From Epiperipatus broadwayi (Eukaryota; Animalia; Onychophora): a stretch of DNA of 64,000 nucleotides. The notes below the pieces were generated by a model. It saw only the letters and a list, made by a program, of their open reading frames with translations. It did no database searches and was not told the DNA's origin. Every line of letters starts with the position of its first letter. Positions within the stretch are counted from its first letter, which is position 1. The translations under genes were made by a program, and so were the position numbers. The stretch covers positions 496,001 through 560,000 of the forward strand of contig JAQFVV010000009.1 in NCBI GenBank assembly GCA_028023455.1. Direction: 5' to 3'. Below are positions 54,597-64,000 of the stretch, piece after piece.

Positions 54597-55692
54597 TTTA
54601 GTTTTGAGTTACTTTCAGTTTTTAGTTATCTTTCAGTGAGTTGAGATTTTTGTCAGTCAGTTTAGTTTCAAAGCATTTCAAGACCTTAACTGTAAGAAGC
54701 CAGTACAAGTCCTGCACGATGAAGCATGAGTAGAGGAATCTAGCATCTTTCTCTTCTTTTCTCGTAGAACTGTCTGCCTGCAACTGCCATGTTCCATCTG
54801 GCTGACCATACAACATGATTGCTTCTGACCCCTAATTGCTAATGACACCTCTATGCTGTTTTTCCTTAGGTAACCTTTAACGTAGAACTGCCTTCATAAG
54901 TCAATACTTTTGTAATTTGTAATCTATAGTTCAACCTTCATATCTTAATTTATATATTGATTTATAAGCTTCTGCTAATTTTGCTTTTAAACTCTCGCTC
55001 CATAATCTTTTATTAATATAATGTATTTTACCCTACCTTTCACGCTTAATTAACTTATATAGATAACTGTGTGCAGCTCCATTAAGATTTTATGTATTTT
55101 GTTTAATGTATAGATATAATCTATTTTCTTTAATATGCCAAATCGTGAAATTCATGAGTAAGGGGGAAATAATTCTTTAACTTGGAAAAGGGCTGGGATT
55201 ATTTAAAACCTATCAAGAAAGTTTTGTTTATATTAAATAGAAATTGCTCGTGAGTTTGGTTTCATTTTAAATTCGTTATTCTTAAAGTCAATTAAAAACT
55301 TTTACTGTGAATGAATTTTGCTAAATTTACTGCTTTGAATTTGCCTTTAAATTTCTATTTTAAAAAGATCGTGGACCTTCACATAATTAATCTATTCCTT
55401 TATTTTTGCTGATACCTGAAGGACGAATTCTACCAGTTAATACGTATTTGGGAATCGAATTTAAATATAAATTTTGTTAGTTTAATAATATTATAAATAG
55501 AAGTGTTATTATTCATTATGATTAGTTAAATGACTCAGAATTGAAAACAGATTATTGTGCATTTCCAAACTTTAAATAATATAAAATTATATAAACATTG
55601 CTGGCATATCTTTTCCTTTATTCTGATATTTTATCTTTTCCATTTCTTGATTGTTTTGTTATTGGGGACGTCGAAAGCTTGAAGCTCCCGTC

Positions 55693-55965
55693 CTATTTTT
55701 CAAAATCATTCATAATCAGGGACACTACTTCCTGCGAAACGTAAAGTTTATGAGGTTTATGTGCTGCGAATGACAGCACATCCAGATCTGGGCTCTCAAA
55801 CCCAGCCTCTCCTTTGATATCGCTCCACCAGAATGCATGGACATATCCAATCTCAGTTCGTTTCAAATATTCTTTTAAAATGATAAAATATCCACAATCG
55901 CCATGAGGCCTTATTTCTTTATTGTATGCTAGTACCGTTACTTTGCTCTTTAATTTGATCACCAT
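55693..55965 (-). CDS. 90-aa antisense ORF of unknown function within the 5' LTR (second copy at 61392-61655)
   Basis: Open frame MVIKLKSKVTVLAYNKEIRPHGDCGYFIILKEY... in a locally GC-richer segment. No family was recognised and coding status is unproven. Confidence 0.4.
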   Translation of the reverse strand: MVIKLKSKVTVLAYNKEIRPHGDCGYFIILKEYLKRTEIGYVHAFWWSDIKGEAGFESPDLDVLSFAAHKPHKLYVSQEVVSLIMNDFEK

Positions 55966-56906
55966 CTGCCTAACCTTAGTAAGTCACAATGATGTGTTAA
56001 AGATAATAATTCATTTCATAAAATACGTTCAGTATGTTGATCTTAAAACTGCTTTCGTTTAAAAAAATGTTATCGATTCCCAGAGACGTAAATCAATTTG
56101 TATAATTTATTCTCGTAAATATTGCGCATTGTTTGTTTCTTATGTATACTTATTTTAAAGACGCTATGTCCAAACAATGCCTATCAAACATATGTAATGA
56201 TTTTAAGATTGTAAATAAATGATTGAGACCGTACATTTATATTTATTTGTCAAAATGATTACTGTTAAATTATCATGTATCTTTCTGTAATCCAAATCTG
56301 TTCCGATCTTGTAGATTGTTTTGTACATGCACAGCATTTCATTTGTAAACATTTGTAATTTGGCATATTAACCTGCACAACTTATAACACATTCTATAAA
56401 ATTATATTCATGAAATAATTGATGTAAAGGGGATTTTATAAAATAAATCCTAAGTTTTCAAAATGTATAAGATCACTCCAAGTGTGAAGCAATTTTGTAA
56501 CATATATATGCATTTTCTACATTTATTAAATATATATAATTTCATGTAAATCCTGGTTTGTTTTGAATTATTATTTTCTAGTTAATATTTAGAACTATTT
56601 TCTTTAGCTAAGAGCCTAGCATTAATAAATAACTATAATAAATGTAATTCCTGGGCTACTCCAATCTTGATCATCATCATCAGTCTGATCTTATGCTCTA
56701 CTGCTTTGCATCTGGGCACAGAATTAAAATAATTTTACTGTGTCATCAGGATTGTTGTTCATTGGGTCAGAGATTCGAAGAATAGGCAAATAGGTTAGAA
56801 TTCAGGTTTGCTCCAGACCTGTGTATTTTGAGCATGATCGGATTCGAGGTACTTTTGCTTAGGATTTGAATCTTGTTAAGTGAGCATACTATTATGACCG
56901 GTACAA

Positions 56907-56950
56907 TGGTTTTTTTTTTCCGGTCTTATACGCCCAATCCTGGGGTCTCG
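56907..56950 (+). promoter_or_regulatory. Degenerate primer-binding-site region of the inner element
   Basis: TGG-T10-CCGG follows the LTR directly, then CGCCCAATCCTGGGGTCTCG, which resembles the tRNA-Lys(CTT) complement TGGCGCCCAACGTGGGGCTCG. Confidence 0.5.
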
Positions 56951-57069
56951 TTAATAATTCCACACCCTGATAAGATCGTTGATGATATATATGGATATTT
57001 CCTTCCTACCTGAGTTTGTTTTCTGATTTTATATACATAAAATGTGAAAATTTTAGATAAAAACCAATG

Positions 57070-57450
57070 TCCATGCGTTGCAACCATAAATGTAAATTTT
57101 TTTTTGTATCTGGTTGTGCAACTATAGAGAAATATTGTTTTTCCATGTTTAGAGCTACAAATGTAAAAATCTTGCTTTTAAAAATGAAAAGAATTTTGAT
57201 ACCCATGTGTTACAACCATGAGTGATTTTTTTTTGTATCTGGTTTTATAACCATATAAAATGTGTTTCTTATGTTATATACGTGAAAATAAAAAGGTTTT
57301 GCAAGTAAAACCCATGTATTTCACCCATAAGTGATTTTTTTTTCTGTATCTGGTTTTATAAACGTATGAAATGTGGTTCTTATGTTATATACGCAAAAAT
57401 GAAAATGTTTTATAAATAAAACCCATGTACTTCAGCCATAAGTTATAAAC
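57070..57450 (+). repeat. About three imperfect 110-130-bp tandem repeats in the leader of the inner element
   Basis: Recurring TTTTTTTGTATCTGGTT...ATGT...AAAA...ACCCATGT...CCATRAGTGA. Confidence 0.8.
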
Positions 57451-58045
57451 CTTGAAATTATAACAAGGTGCATTTCATGTTTAGCTATTTTCTGTACCTT
57501 ATATATGTAATAGAGTTAAAAAAATGTGTAACAAATACTTATTTATATTTACTAGTTGAATATACTGTTGGCTGGCACCATTATATAAATGTGCCAACAG
57601 GGAATATAATAAAAGATGTATCAAAATGAGTTCAAACCAGGATGTTAGGGGTTGAGAGAGAGTTAAATCATTTTTTCCCACTGTTTTGCTATGTATAATT
57701 GTAATGAGCAGAACATTATATTGCAGAAACAAATAACTAATCTTTTTTTTTGTAAGAGTCTATTATAGGTGCAGAAAAACAACCAAAAATCGAGCAGCAA
57801 GGCAGTTTAATTCCAATAGATCATATACATACATGTTATGATCAAATATTTTTTCCTGTTATCAGCAGCAGTCAGCAGCAACAAAAAATGGCAGAATGGA
57901 GACAGTTGAAGAGAAGAGGGAGAGAGGTGTATATCCTGAATAAAATAAAAGAAAAAAGAAACAAGCCTTATTTCACAAACAATTACAAGTGACAATATGT
58001 TAAAAAGGAAAAAAATAAGTGAATTGTGAAGAAAACATAGGAGCA

Positions 58046-59416
58046 ATGATGCCAGAGGAAGAAAATGAGATCTTTCAACTCATGCAAGAAATGATGAAAC
58101 AAAATCAAGACCGAGCAGAACAAATGATGAAACACAAACGAGACCAAGCAGAAAGAGATTCAGAATTTATGGAAATGATGAAGTAATTTAGAAGAGATCT
58201 TGATGAATTAAAAAGACTAAAATCAAATATTGATCTTACTATCACTCAGGACACACAAGCTGTTGGTTTCAAAGATGTATCTATTCCCAAGCAAAGGGAG
58301 CTTATTGATCTAACCAAAGACAAAATAGTCTGTGAAGAAACAATTTTGGAAAACACAGTAATGGAAGACATGAAAGTAGTGAATGAAAATGAAGATACTG
58401 CAAAGAAGCAGAATGCTAACCAAATAGAAAATCTGATGAACCAAACAAGAAAACTGGAAAGATTTGAAGATGGTTTTACCTTCAGATCAAAGGATATTGA
58501 TGCTGAAACCAAAGATAAGACAGTTTTCATGGAAGCACTTTTAAAAGACAGTGGAGCAGAGAACACAGAACCTCAACCAACTAAAATAAGGTTGGAACTT
58601 CATGAGATTATGTTAGTGAATACAAATGCCAACTCTACTCAACAAAAATGTAAAGAAGTAGATTTGACAGAGATTACTCATAGTCAAAGTTTTACTCTAG
58701 CAGATTTAGCTAAGGATGAAGAAAGTACTGAGGAAATGGTGGTTTCAAATTTACTGCAAGCCAGCCCATCTCAAAGTGATTATATCAGTTTACCACCCTC
58801 TAATGGAGTGGCTGTATCGATGATGAAAAATATCAATAGAACAATACATACTGTTTTGGATAAATCTTCTGAAATCATAATTGATAATTCTGAGTTATAT
58901 TTTCATAATAATTATAAAGATGTTCTGTGGAAAAGTGATGATGAAGGATTAATGAAAACATCAAAGTTAAAGTTTAGAAATGATGCTGAATGGCCTCCTG
59001 ATATGAAAATGAAGAAAGTGGACAGATATTTAGTTGTGTACAATACTGCCCATTTTAATAAATCCCATAATTATTTATTTATGAAATATGATCAGAACAA
59101 AATTGATGAGGAGCCGAACTCATTAAACAGAAAGGATAAACTTTGTTTTAAAGCATGGATATATGTTAAAAAAAAAAACAGTTTCATAAAAGATGGAGAA
59201 AAACTTCTCAGCTCCCAAAGTGAATGTGTTGTAATGGATGTCATTAGATCACAGAAAGTTAGAGAAATTCTTTTAAAGCAAGATACTTTTAATAATGAAC
59301 AATATAATAATATACCAAAGCACAATATTGTGACCGCTTTTGATATTTTAGTAAGATATCTAGAAAGACATACCTATAACCCTTATATGCCTCCAGACCA
59401 AGGAAAATACCACTAA
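58046..59416 (+). pseudogene. 456-codon ORF of the inner element with one premature stop; coiled-coil N-terminus, remainder unrecognised
   Basis: The ATG at 58046 (MMPEEENEIFQLMQEMMKQ...) is in frame with listed ORF 58346-59416. The only interruption is TAA at 58184-58186. Confidence 0.8.
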
Positions 59417-59648
59417 GAATCAACCATGGATAAACAAAGTCAAAAAAAAATTTTTGCAAATGGACATTCTCACGTTTGAATACCTACACCAAATATTTCA
59501 GTGAATAAAAAAATAATAATCAGCTGCAATAAAGTAAAGAAAATGAACGAATGAAAGATTTTCATTTCCATATTTAAAAGGTTTCTCACCAAAATGATAG
59601 CAGACTCCAACTAAGGCATTTTTTTAAATGATTTTTTTTGATCACTTT

Positions 59649-59661
59649 AAGTGGGAAAGAA
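59649..59661 (+). promoter_or_regulatory. Polypurine tract of the inner element
   Basis: AAGTGGGAAAGAA lies immediately before the TG of the 3' LTR. Confidence 0.75.
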
Positions 59662-62597
59662 TGAAGCAATTGATGTCTAATCATCATTGAGCTTCATGTT
59701 TCACCATCTATACTAACCTCCTAGGGGTCTGCAATTCAGACCTTGCTATAAATATATGCTATTCACTCACACACTGTATGCTGAATCATTGGAGAAATTA
59801 ATAAAATTAATTTTTATTTAGTAAAGTAAAACAGTAGTGTGTGTGATGCGTATATATATATATGAATGAAGCAATAATGTTATTAATGTTTATTGCTGAC
59901 AACTAAACATTTTTTTTATATAATTGTAATTTTTTTGTTATATCTATATGTATTTTGATTTAAAGTATTTAATTAAACTATTGGAATATAACAACAAAGA
60001 AAAATAGGGAAAGCTTGAAATACTGAAATTATCTGTATCTCTAGTCAGATCGTTGTCTATAATTAAAATTTATAAATCTTAATTAAAATCGAAAGCAATT
60101 CAAATCTTTCAAAACAGCTAAAATGGTATTTCAAGCCTTATCTGTTGAAAATATTTTGCTAATTAAATGTTGTTTTTAAAGGGATTATAGAGATAGGGTT
60201 GGTATATGAAATTGCATTCTGGGTGGCATTAAAATGTTATAAAAGGAGCCACAGAACAAAGGAAGTCAGTTTTTAGTTTTGAGTTACTTTCAGTTTTTAG
60301 TTATCTTTCAGTGAGTTGAGATTTCTGTCAGTCAGTTTAGTTTTGAAGCATTTCAAGACCTTAACTTTAAGAAGCCAGTACAAGTCCTGCACGATGAAGC
60401 ATGAGTAGAGGAATCTAGCACCTTTCTCTTCTTCTCTCTTAGAACTGTCTGCCTGCAACTGTCATGCTCCATCTGGCTGACCATACAATATGTTTGCTTC
60501 TGACTGCTGATTGCTAATGACACCGCTATGCTGTTTTTTCTTAGGTAACCTTTAACCTAGAACTGCCTTCATAAGTCAATACTTTTGTAATTTGTAATCT
60601 ATAGTTCAACCTTCATATCTTAATTTATATATTGATTTATAAGCTTCTGCTAATTTTGCTTTTAAACTCTCTCTCTCCATAATCTTTTATTAATATAATG
60701 TATTTTAACCTACCTTTCACGCTTAATTAACTTATATAGATAACTGTGTGCAGCTCCATTAAGATTTTATGTATTTTGTTTAATGTATAGATATAATCTA
60801 TTTTCTTTAATATGCCAAATCGCCAAATTCATGAGTAAGTGGGAAATAATTGTTTAACTTGAAAAAGGGCTGGGATTATTTAAAACCTATCAATAAAGTT
60901 TTGTTTATATTAAATAGAAATTGCTCACAAGTTTGGTTTCATTTTAAATTCATTATTCTTAAAGTCAATTAAAAACTTTTACTGTGGATGAATTTTTTTA
61001 AACTTACTGCTTTGAATTTGTCTTTAAATTTCTATTTTAAAAAGATCGTGGACCTTCACATAATTAATCCATTTCTTTTTTTTTTGCTGGTGCCTGAAGG
61101 GTGAATTCTACCAGTTAATACATATTTGGGAATTGAATTTTAAATATAAATTTTGTTAGTTTAATAATATTATAAATAGAAGTGTTATTATTCATTATGA
61201 TTAGTTAAATGACTCAGAATTGAAAACAGATTATTGCGCAAGAGGTTAGACCATTTCCAAACTTTAAATAATATAAAATTATATAAACGTTGCTGGCATA
61301 CCTTTTCCTTTATTCTGATATTTTATTTTTTCCATTTCTTGATTGTTTTGTTATTGGGGACATCAAAAGCTTGAATCTCCCATCCTACTTTTCAAAATTG
61401 TTCATAATACAGGGATACTATTTCCTGTGGAACGTAAAGTTTATGAGGTTTATGTGCTGAGAATGACAGCACATCCAGATCTATGCTCTCAAACCCAGAC
61501 TCTCCTTTGATATCGCTCCACCAGTATGCATGGACATATCCAATCTCAGTTCGTTTCAAATATTCTTTTAAAATGATAAAATATCCACAATTGCCATGAG
61601 GCCTTATTTCTTTATTGTATGCTAGTACCGTTACTTTTCTCTTTAATTTGATCACCGTCCGCCTAACCTTAGTAAGTCACAATGATGTGTTAAAGATAAT
61701 GATTTATTTTATAAAATACGTTCAGTATGTTGATCTTAAAACTGCTTTCGTTTAAAAAAACGTTATCGATTCCCAGAGACGTAAATCAATTTTTATAATT
61801 TATTCTCGTAAATATTGCGCATTGTTTGTTTCTTATGTATACTTATTCTAAAGACACTATGTCTAAACAATGCCTATCAAACATATGTAATCATTTTAAG
61901 ATTGTAAATAAATGATTGAGACCGTACATTTATATTTATTTGTCAAAATGATTACTGTTAAATTATCATGTATCTTTCCTAATCCAAATCTGTTCCGATC
62001 TTGTAGATTGTTTTGTACATGCACAGCATTTCATTTGTAAACATTTGTAATTTGGCATATTAACCCACACAATTTATAACACATTCTATAAAATTATATT
62101 CATAAAATAAGTGATGTAAAGGGGATTTTATAAAACAAATCCCAAGTTTTCAAAATGTATAAGATCACTCCAAGTGTGAAGCAATTTTGTAACATATATA
62201 TGCATTTCTACATTTATTAAATATATATAATTTCATGTAAATCCTGGTTTGTTTTGAATTATTATTTTCTAGTTAATATTTAGAACCATTTTCTTTAGTT
62301 AAGAGCCTAGCATTAATAAATAACTATAATAAATATAATTCTTGGGCTACTCCAATCTCGATCATCATCAGCAGTCTGATCTTATGCTCTACAGCTTTGC
62401 ATCTGGACACGGAATTAAAAATAATTTTACTGTCTCATCAGGATTGTTGTTCATTGGGTCAGAGATTCGAAGAATAGACAAATAGGTTAGAATTCAGGAT
62501 TGCTCCAGACCTGTGTATCTCAAGCATGATCGGATTCAAGGTTCTTTTGCTTAGGATTTGAATCTTGTTAAGTGTGCATACTATTTTGACCTGTACA
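59662..62597 (+). repeat. 3' LTR of the inner element (2936 bp)
   Basis: Runs TGAAGCAATTGATG...GACCTGTACA. It is roughly 93-95% identical to the 5' LTR by eye. Confidence 0.92.
61392..61655 (-). CDS. Copy of the antisense LTR ORF in the 3' LTR
   Basis: IKLKRKVTVLAYNKEIRPHGNCGYFIILKEY..., homologous to 55693-55965. Confidence 0.35.
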   Translation of the reverse strand: MIKLKRKVTVLAYNKEIRPHGNCGYFIILKEYLKRTEIGYVHAYWWSDIKGESGFESIDLDVLSFSAHKPHKLYVPQEIVSLYYEQF

Positions 62598-62941
62598 ATA
62601 TCAAGCCTCCAGCTCATGATCATCTGGGCCAATTGTGCCATGGTTATGGTATCTTCCATAGTTTGGAACACTTCACTTCATGGTGATTGAATTATTTCTA
62701 CAGTAGTTTCTTGTACCTCAATGGTCATTTTGTCATCTCGACATGTTCGTGGAAAGTGGTCGCCTTCAGCTGCAGACCCCCCAGATGTTTGACTAGGCAA
62801 AGACCCTCTCTCATGGCTAATCTCATCTTCACCTATCACAACATCACTAACTTCACTTTTTTCTACTTCAATATCACTTACTTCTCCTTGGAAAACTTCT
62901 GTCTGCATACTCAATAATTTTTTTCTATTTCTTAATAGCAT
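62598..62941 (-). pseudogene. Outer Gypsy gag, N-terminal part
   Basis: MLLRNRKKL...EIIQSP*SEVFQTMEDTITMAQLAQMIMSWRLD joins 53984 in frame once the inner element and one ATAT are removed. Confidence 0.85.
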
Positions 62942-63397
62942 TAATTATTTTAAATAACTTTTACTGATAACAATATTATAGTAGATAAATGTCTCAGAGT
63001 TTTACATTTTCCCCAACTATAGATCAAATATTTGATTTTGACTGTCTACATCTAGATTAATTTTTATATTGCCTGACTTCTCTACTTTAGTACCAATTTA
63101 CTCTGAATTTGATTGTTTTACAAGCCTCTGTTTATTAATCCCGCATTCATTCTTTATATGCACTTATTTATTTATTTTTTACTAATTTTTAATTTTAGGT
63201 GTTTTATGTTTTTATTTAATATTTAAGTATACTATTTATTTGTTGTAGGCATATATACAATAATGGTTTAATATTAATTGAATTTGTTATACAAGTGGCA
63301 AGTTTAAAAATATTCAATAAAAAAAATTTTTTTTTTTTTTAAAATTTCTGTCAAATGGCTAAACCTCCCTTGCAACTATAATATCTTCATGCCTAAA

Positions 63398-63411
63398 CGT
63401 TTTGGGCGCCA
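63398..63411 (-). promoter_or_regulatory. tRNA-Lys-like primer binding site of the outer element
   Basis: The minus strand reads TTACA-TC-TGGCGCCCAAAACGT, compared with the tRNA-Lys(CTT) complement TGGCGCCCAACGT. Confidence 0.75.
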
Positions 63412-63452
63412 GATGTAATGGTTTCTTTGGCCCCAAAGTTGATGGAACCAGA

Positions 63453-64000
63453 TGTAACAGTATGGACTGATATACCCGGATGTTCCGATCTGCAACTACA
63501 CTTGAACACACAGATCACCTTTAACAATCAGCTGGTTCATCCATAACATATAATCATCTTACTTCCAATCTAAAAATTCTGGTGCACCTATCTGCCATAT
63601 CCCAAAGTTGATAATGCCAAATGCACCAGTCTGGTCCATCCATGTATATAGGTGAAAGAGAGCAAGCTCGCATCTAACTACTGTCGGACCTAGGGTCTTC
63701 ATGTAGGATGCTAGAGATAAAATGACGAAATACCTGACTCATGATTACATCCATCTTCAATAGACTAGCCTAAGCACCATCCACTAAATCTACATGCAAT
63801 CCAAATCAGTTCATCTCACATCTTACCACTCTTTTCCAAAACTGTTGCCTCAGATATTCGAACTTGAGAAGCATTCGCATTTGACTCTCTTAACAGGTAT
63901 GTATTTATACAAACAATTAATCAATGATGAAAATAATACATGTCCCATCTACTAGAAAGAAATAACCTCTATTTAACAATGTTCTCACATACCTATCAAA
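63453..64000 (-). repeat. 5' LTR of the outer element (U5 end; continues beyond the window)
   Basis: Direct repeat of 48137-48680. It ends ...CTGTTACA on the minus strand, followed by TC-TGG. Confidence 0.88.

Larger units (their letters stand above)
53987..56905 (+). repeat. 5' LTR of the inner element (2919 bp)
   Basis: Runs TGAAGCAATCGATG...GACCGGTACA and is collinear with 59662-62597. Confidence 0.92.
53987..62597 (+). mobile_element. Inner 8611-bp LTR retroelement without pol (LARD-like), inserted into the outer gag
   Basis: TG...CA termini, ATAT TSD (53983-53986 and 62598-62601), two ~2.9-kb direct repeats, TGG one base after the 5' LTR and a PPT before the 3' LTR. Confidence 0.92.
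48137..64000 (-). mobile_element. Outer Gypsy-type LTR retrotransposon, pol-deleted, interrupted by a nested element and running off the window
   Basis: 48137-48680 is repeated directly at 63453-64000 (roughly 93-94% identical by eye). It has a tRNA-Lys-like PBS, gag remnants and an integrase C-terminal remnant. No RT or RNase H was seen. Confidence 0.85.

Noticed and set aside
57070-57450. CRISPR-like array
   Set aside because: The units are long and degenerate with no constant repeat and unique spacer pattern, the context is eukaryotic, and there are no cas genes.
53987-62597. Segmental tandem duplication or assembly duplication as the cause of the 2.9-kb direct repeat
   Set aside because: TG...CA ends, the TSD, PBS/PPT placement, several percent divergence and in-frame gag restoration all indicate LTRs.

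Overview
This is very AT-rich, CpG-depleted eukaryotic DNA, probably from an arthropod (inferred from the TCAGT initiator and the transposable-element families). It is not prokaryotic, and no CRISPR array, rRNA or intact tRNA was seen. The only host gene I can support is the first coding exon of AGPAT5 (minus strand, 20350-20568), with a CpG-retaining promoter just above it. No further exons were recognised, so intron 1 probably exceeds 20 kb. The rest is mostly transposable elements. LINE-type elements include a full-length RTE LINE (28532-31826, 11-bp target-site duplication, one frameshift), an older decayed copy of it, and fragments of a second RTE family. There are also Penelope, Gypsy, hAT and pogo remnants and several fold-back elements/MITEs. 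The most unusual content is a set of LTR-type elements with very long LTRs (1.8-3.1 kb). These are two solo-LTR-like units (32559-34353 and 42206-44931) and an 8.6-kb pol-less LTR element (53987-62597) nested in the gag gene of a second pol-less Gypsy element (48137 to beyond the window end). Every insertion whose two ends are visible is bounded by TG...CA and an ATAT duplication. Each also carries a self-complementary hairpin at one terminus, the extreme case being a perfect 56-bp palindrome. The inner element has an unrecognised 456-codon ORF and an antisense ORF inside its LTRs. All alignments and identities were judged by eye.
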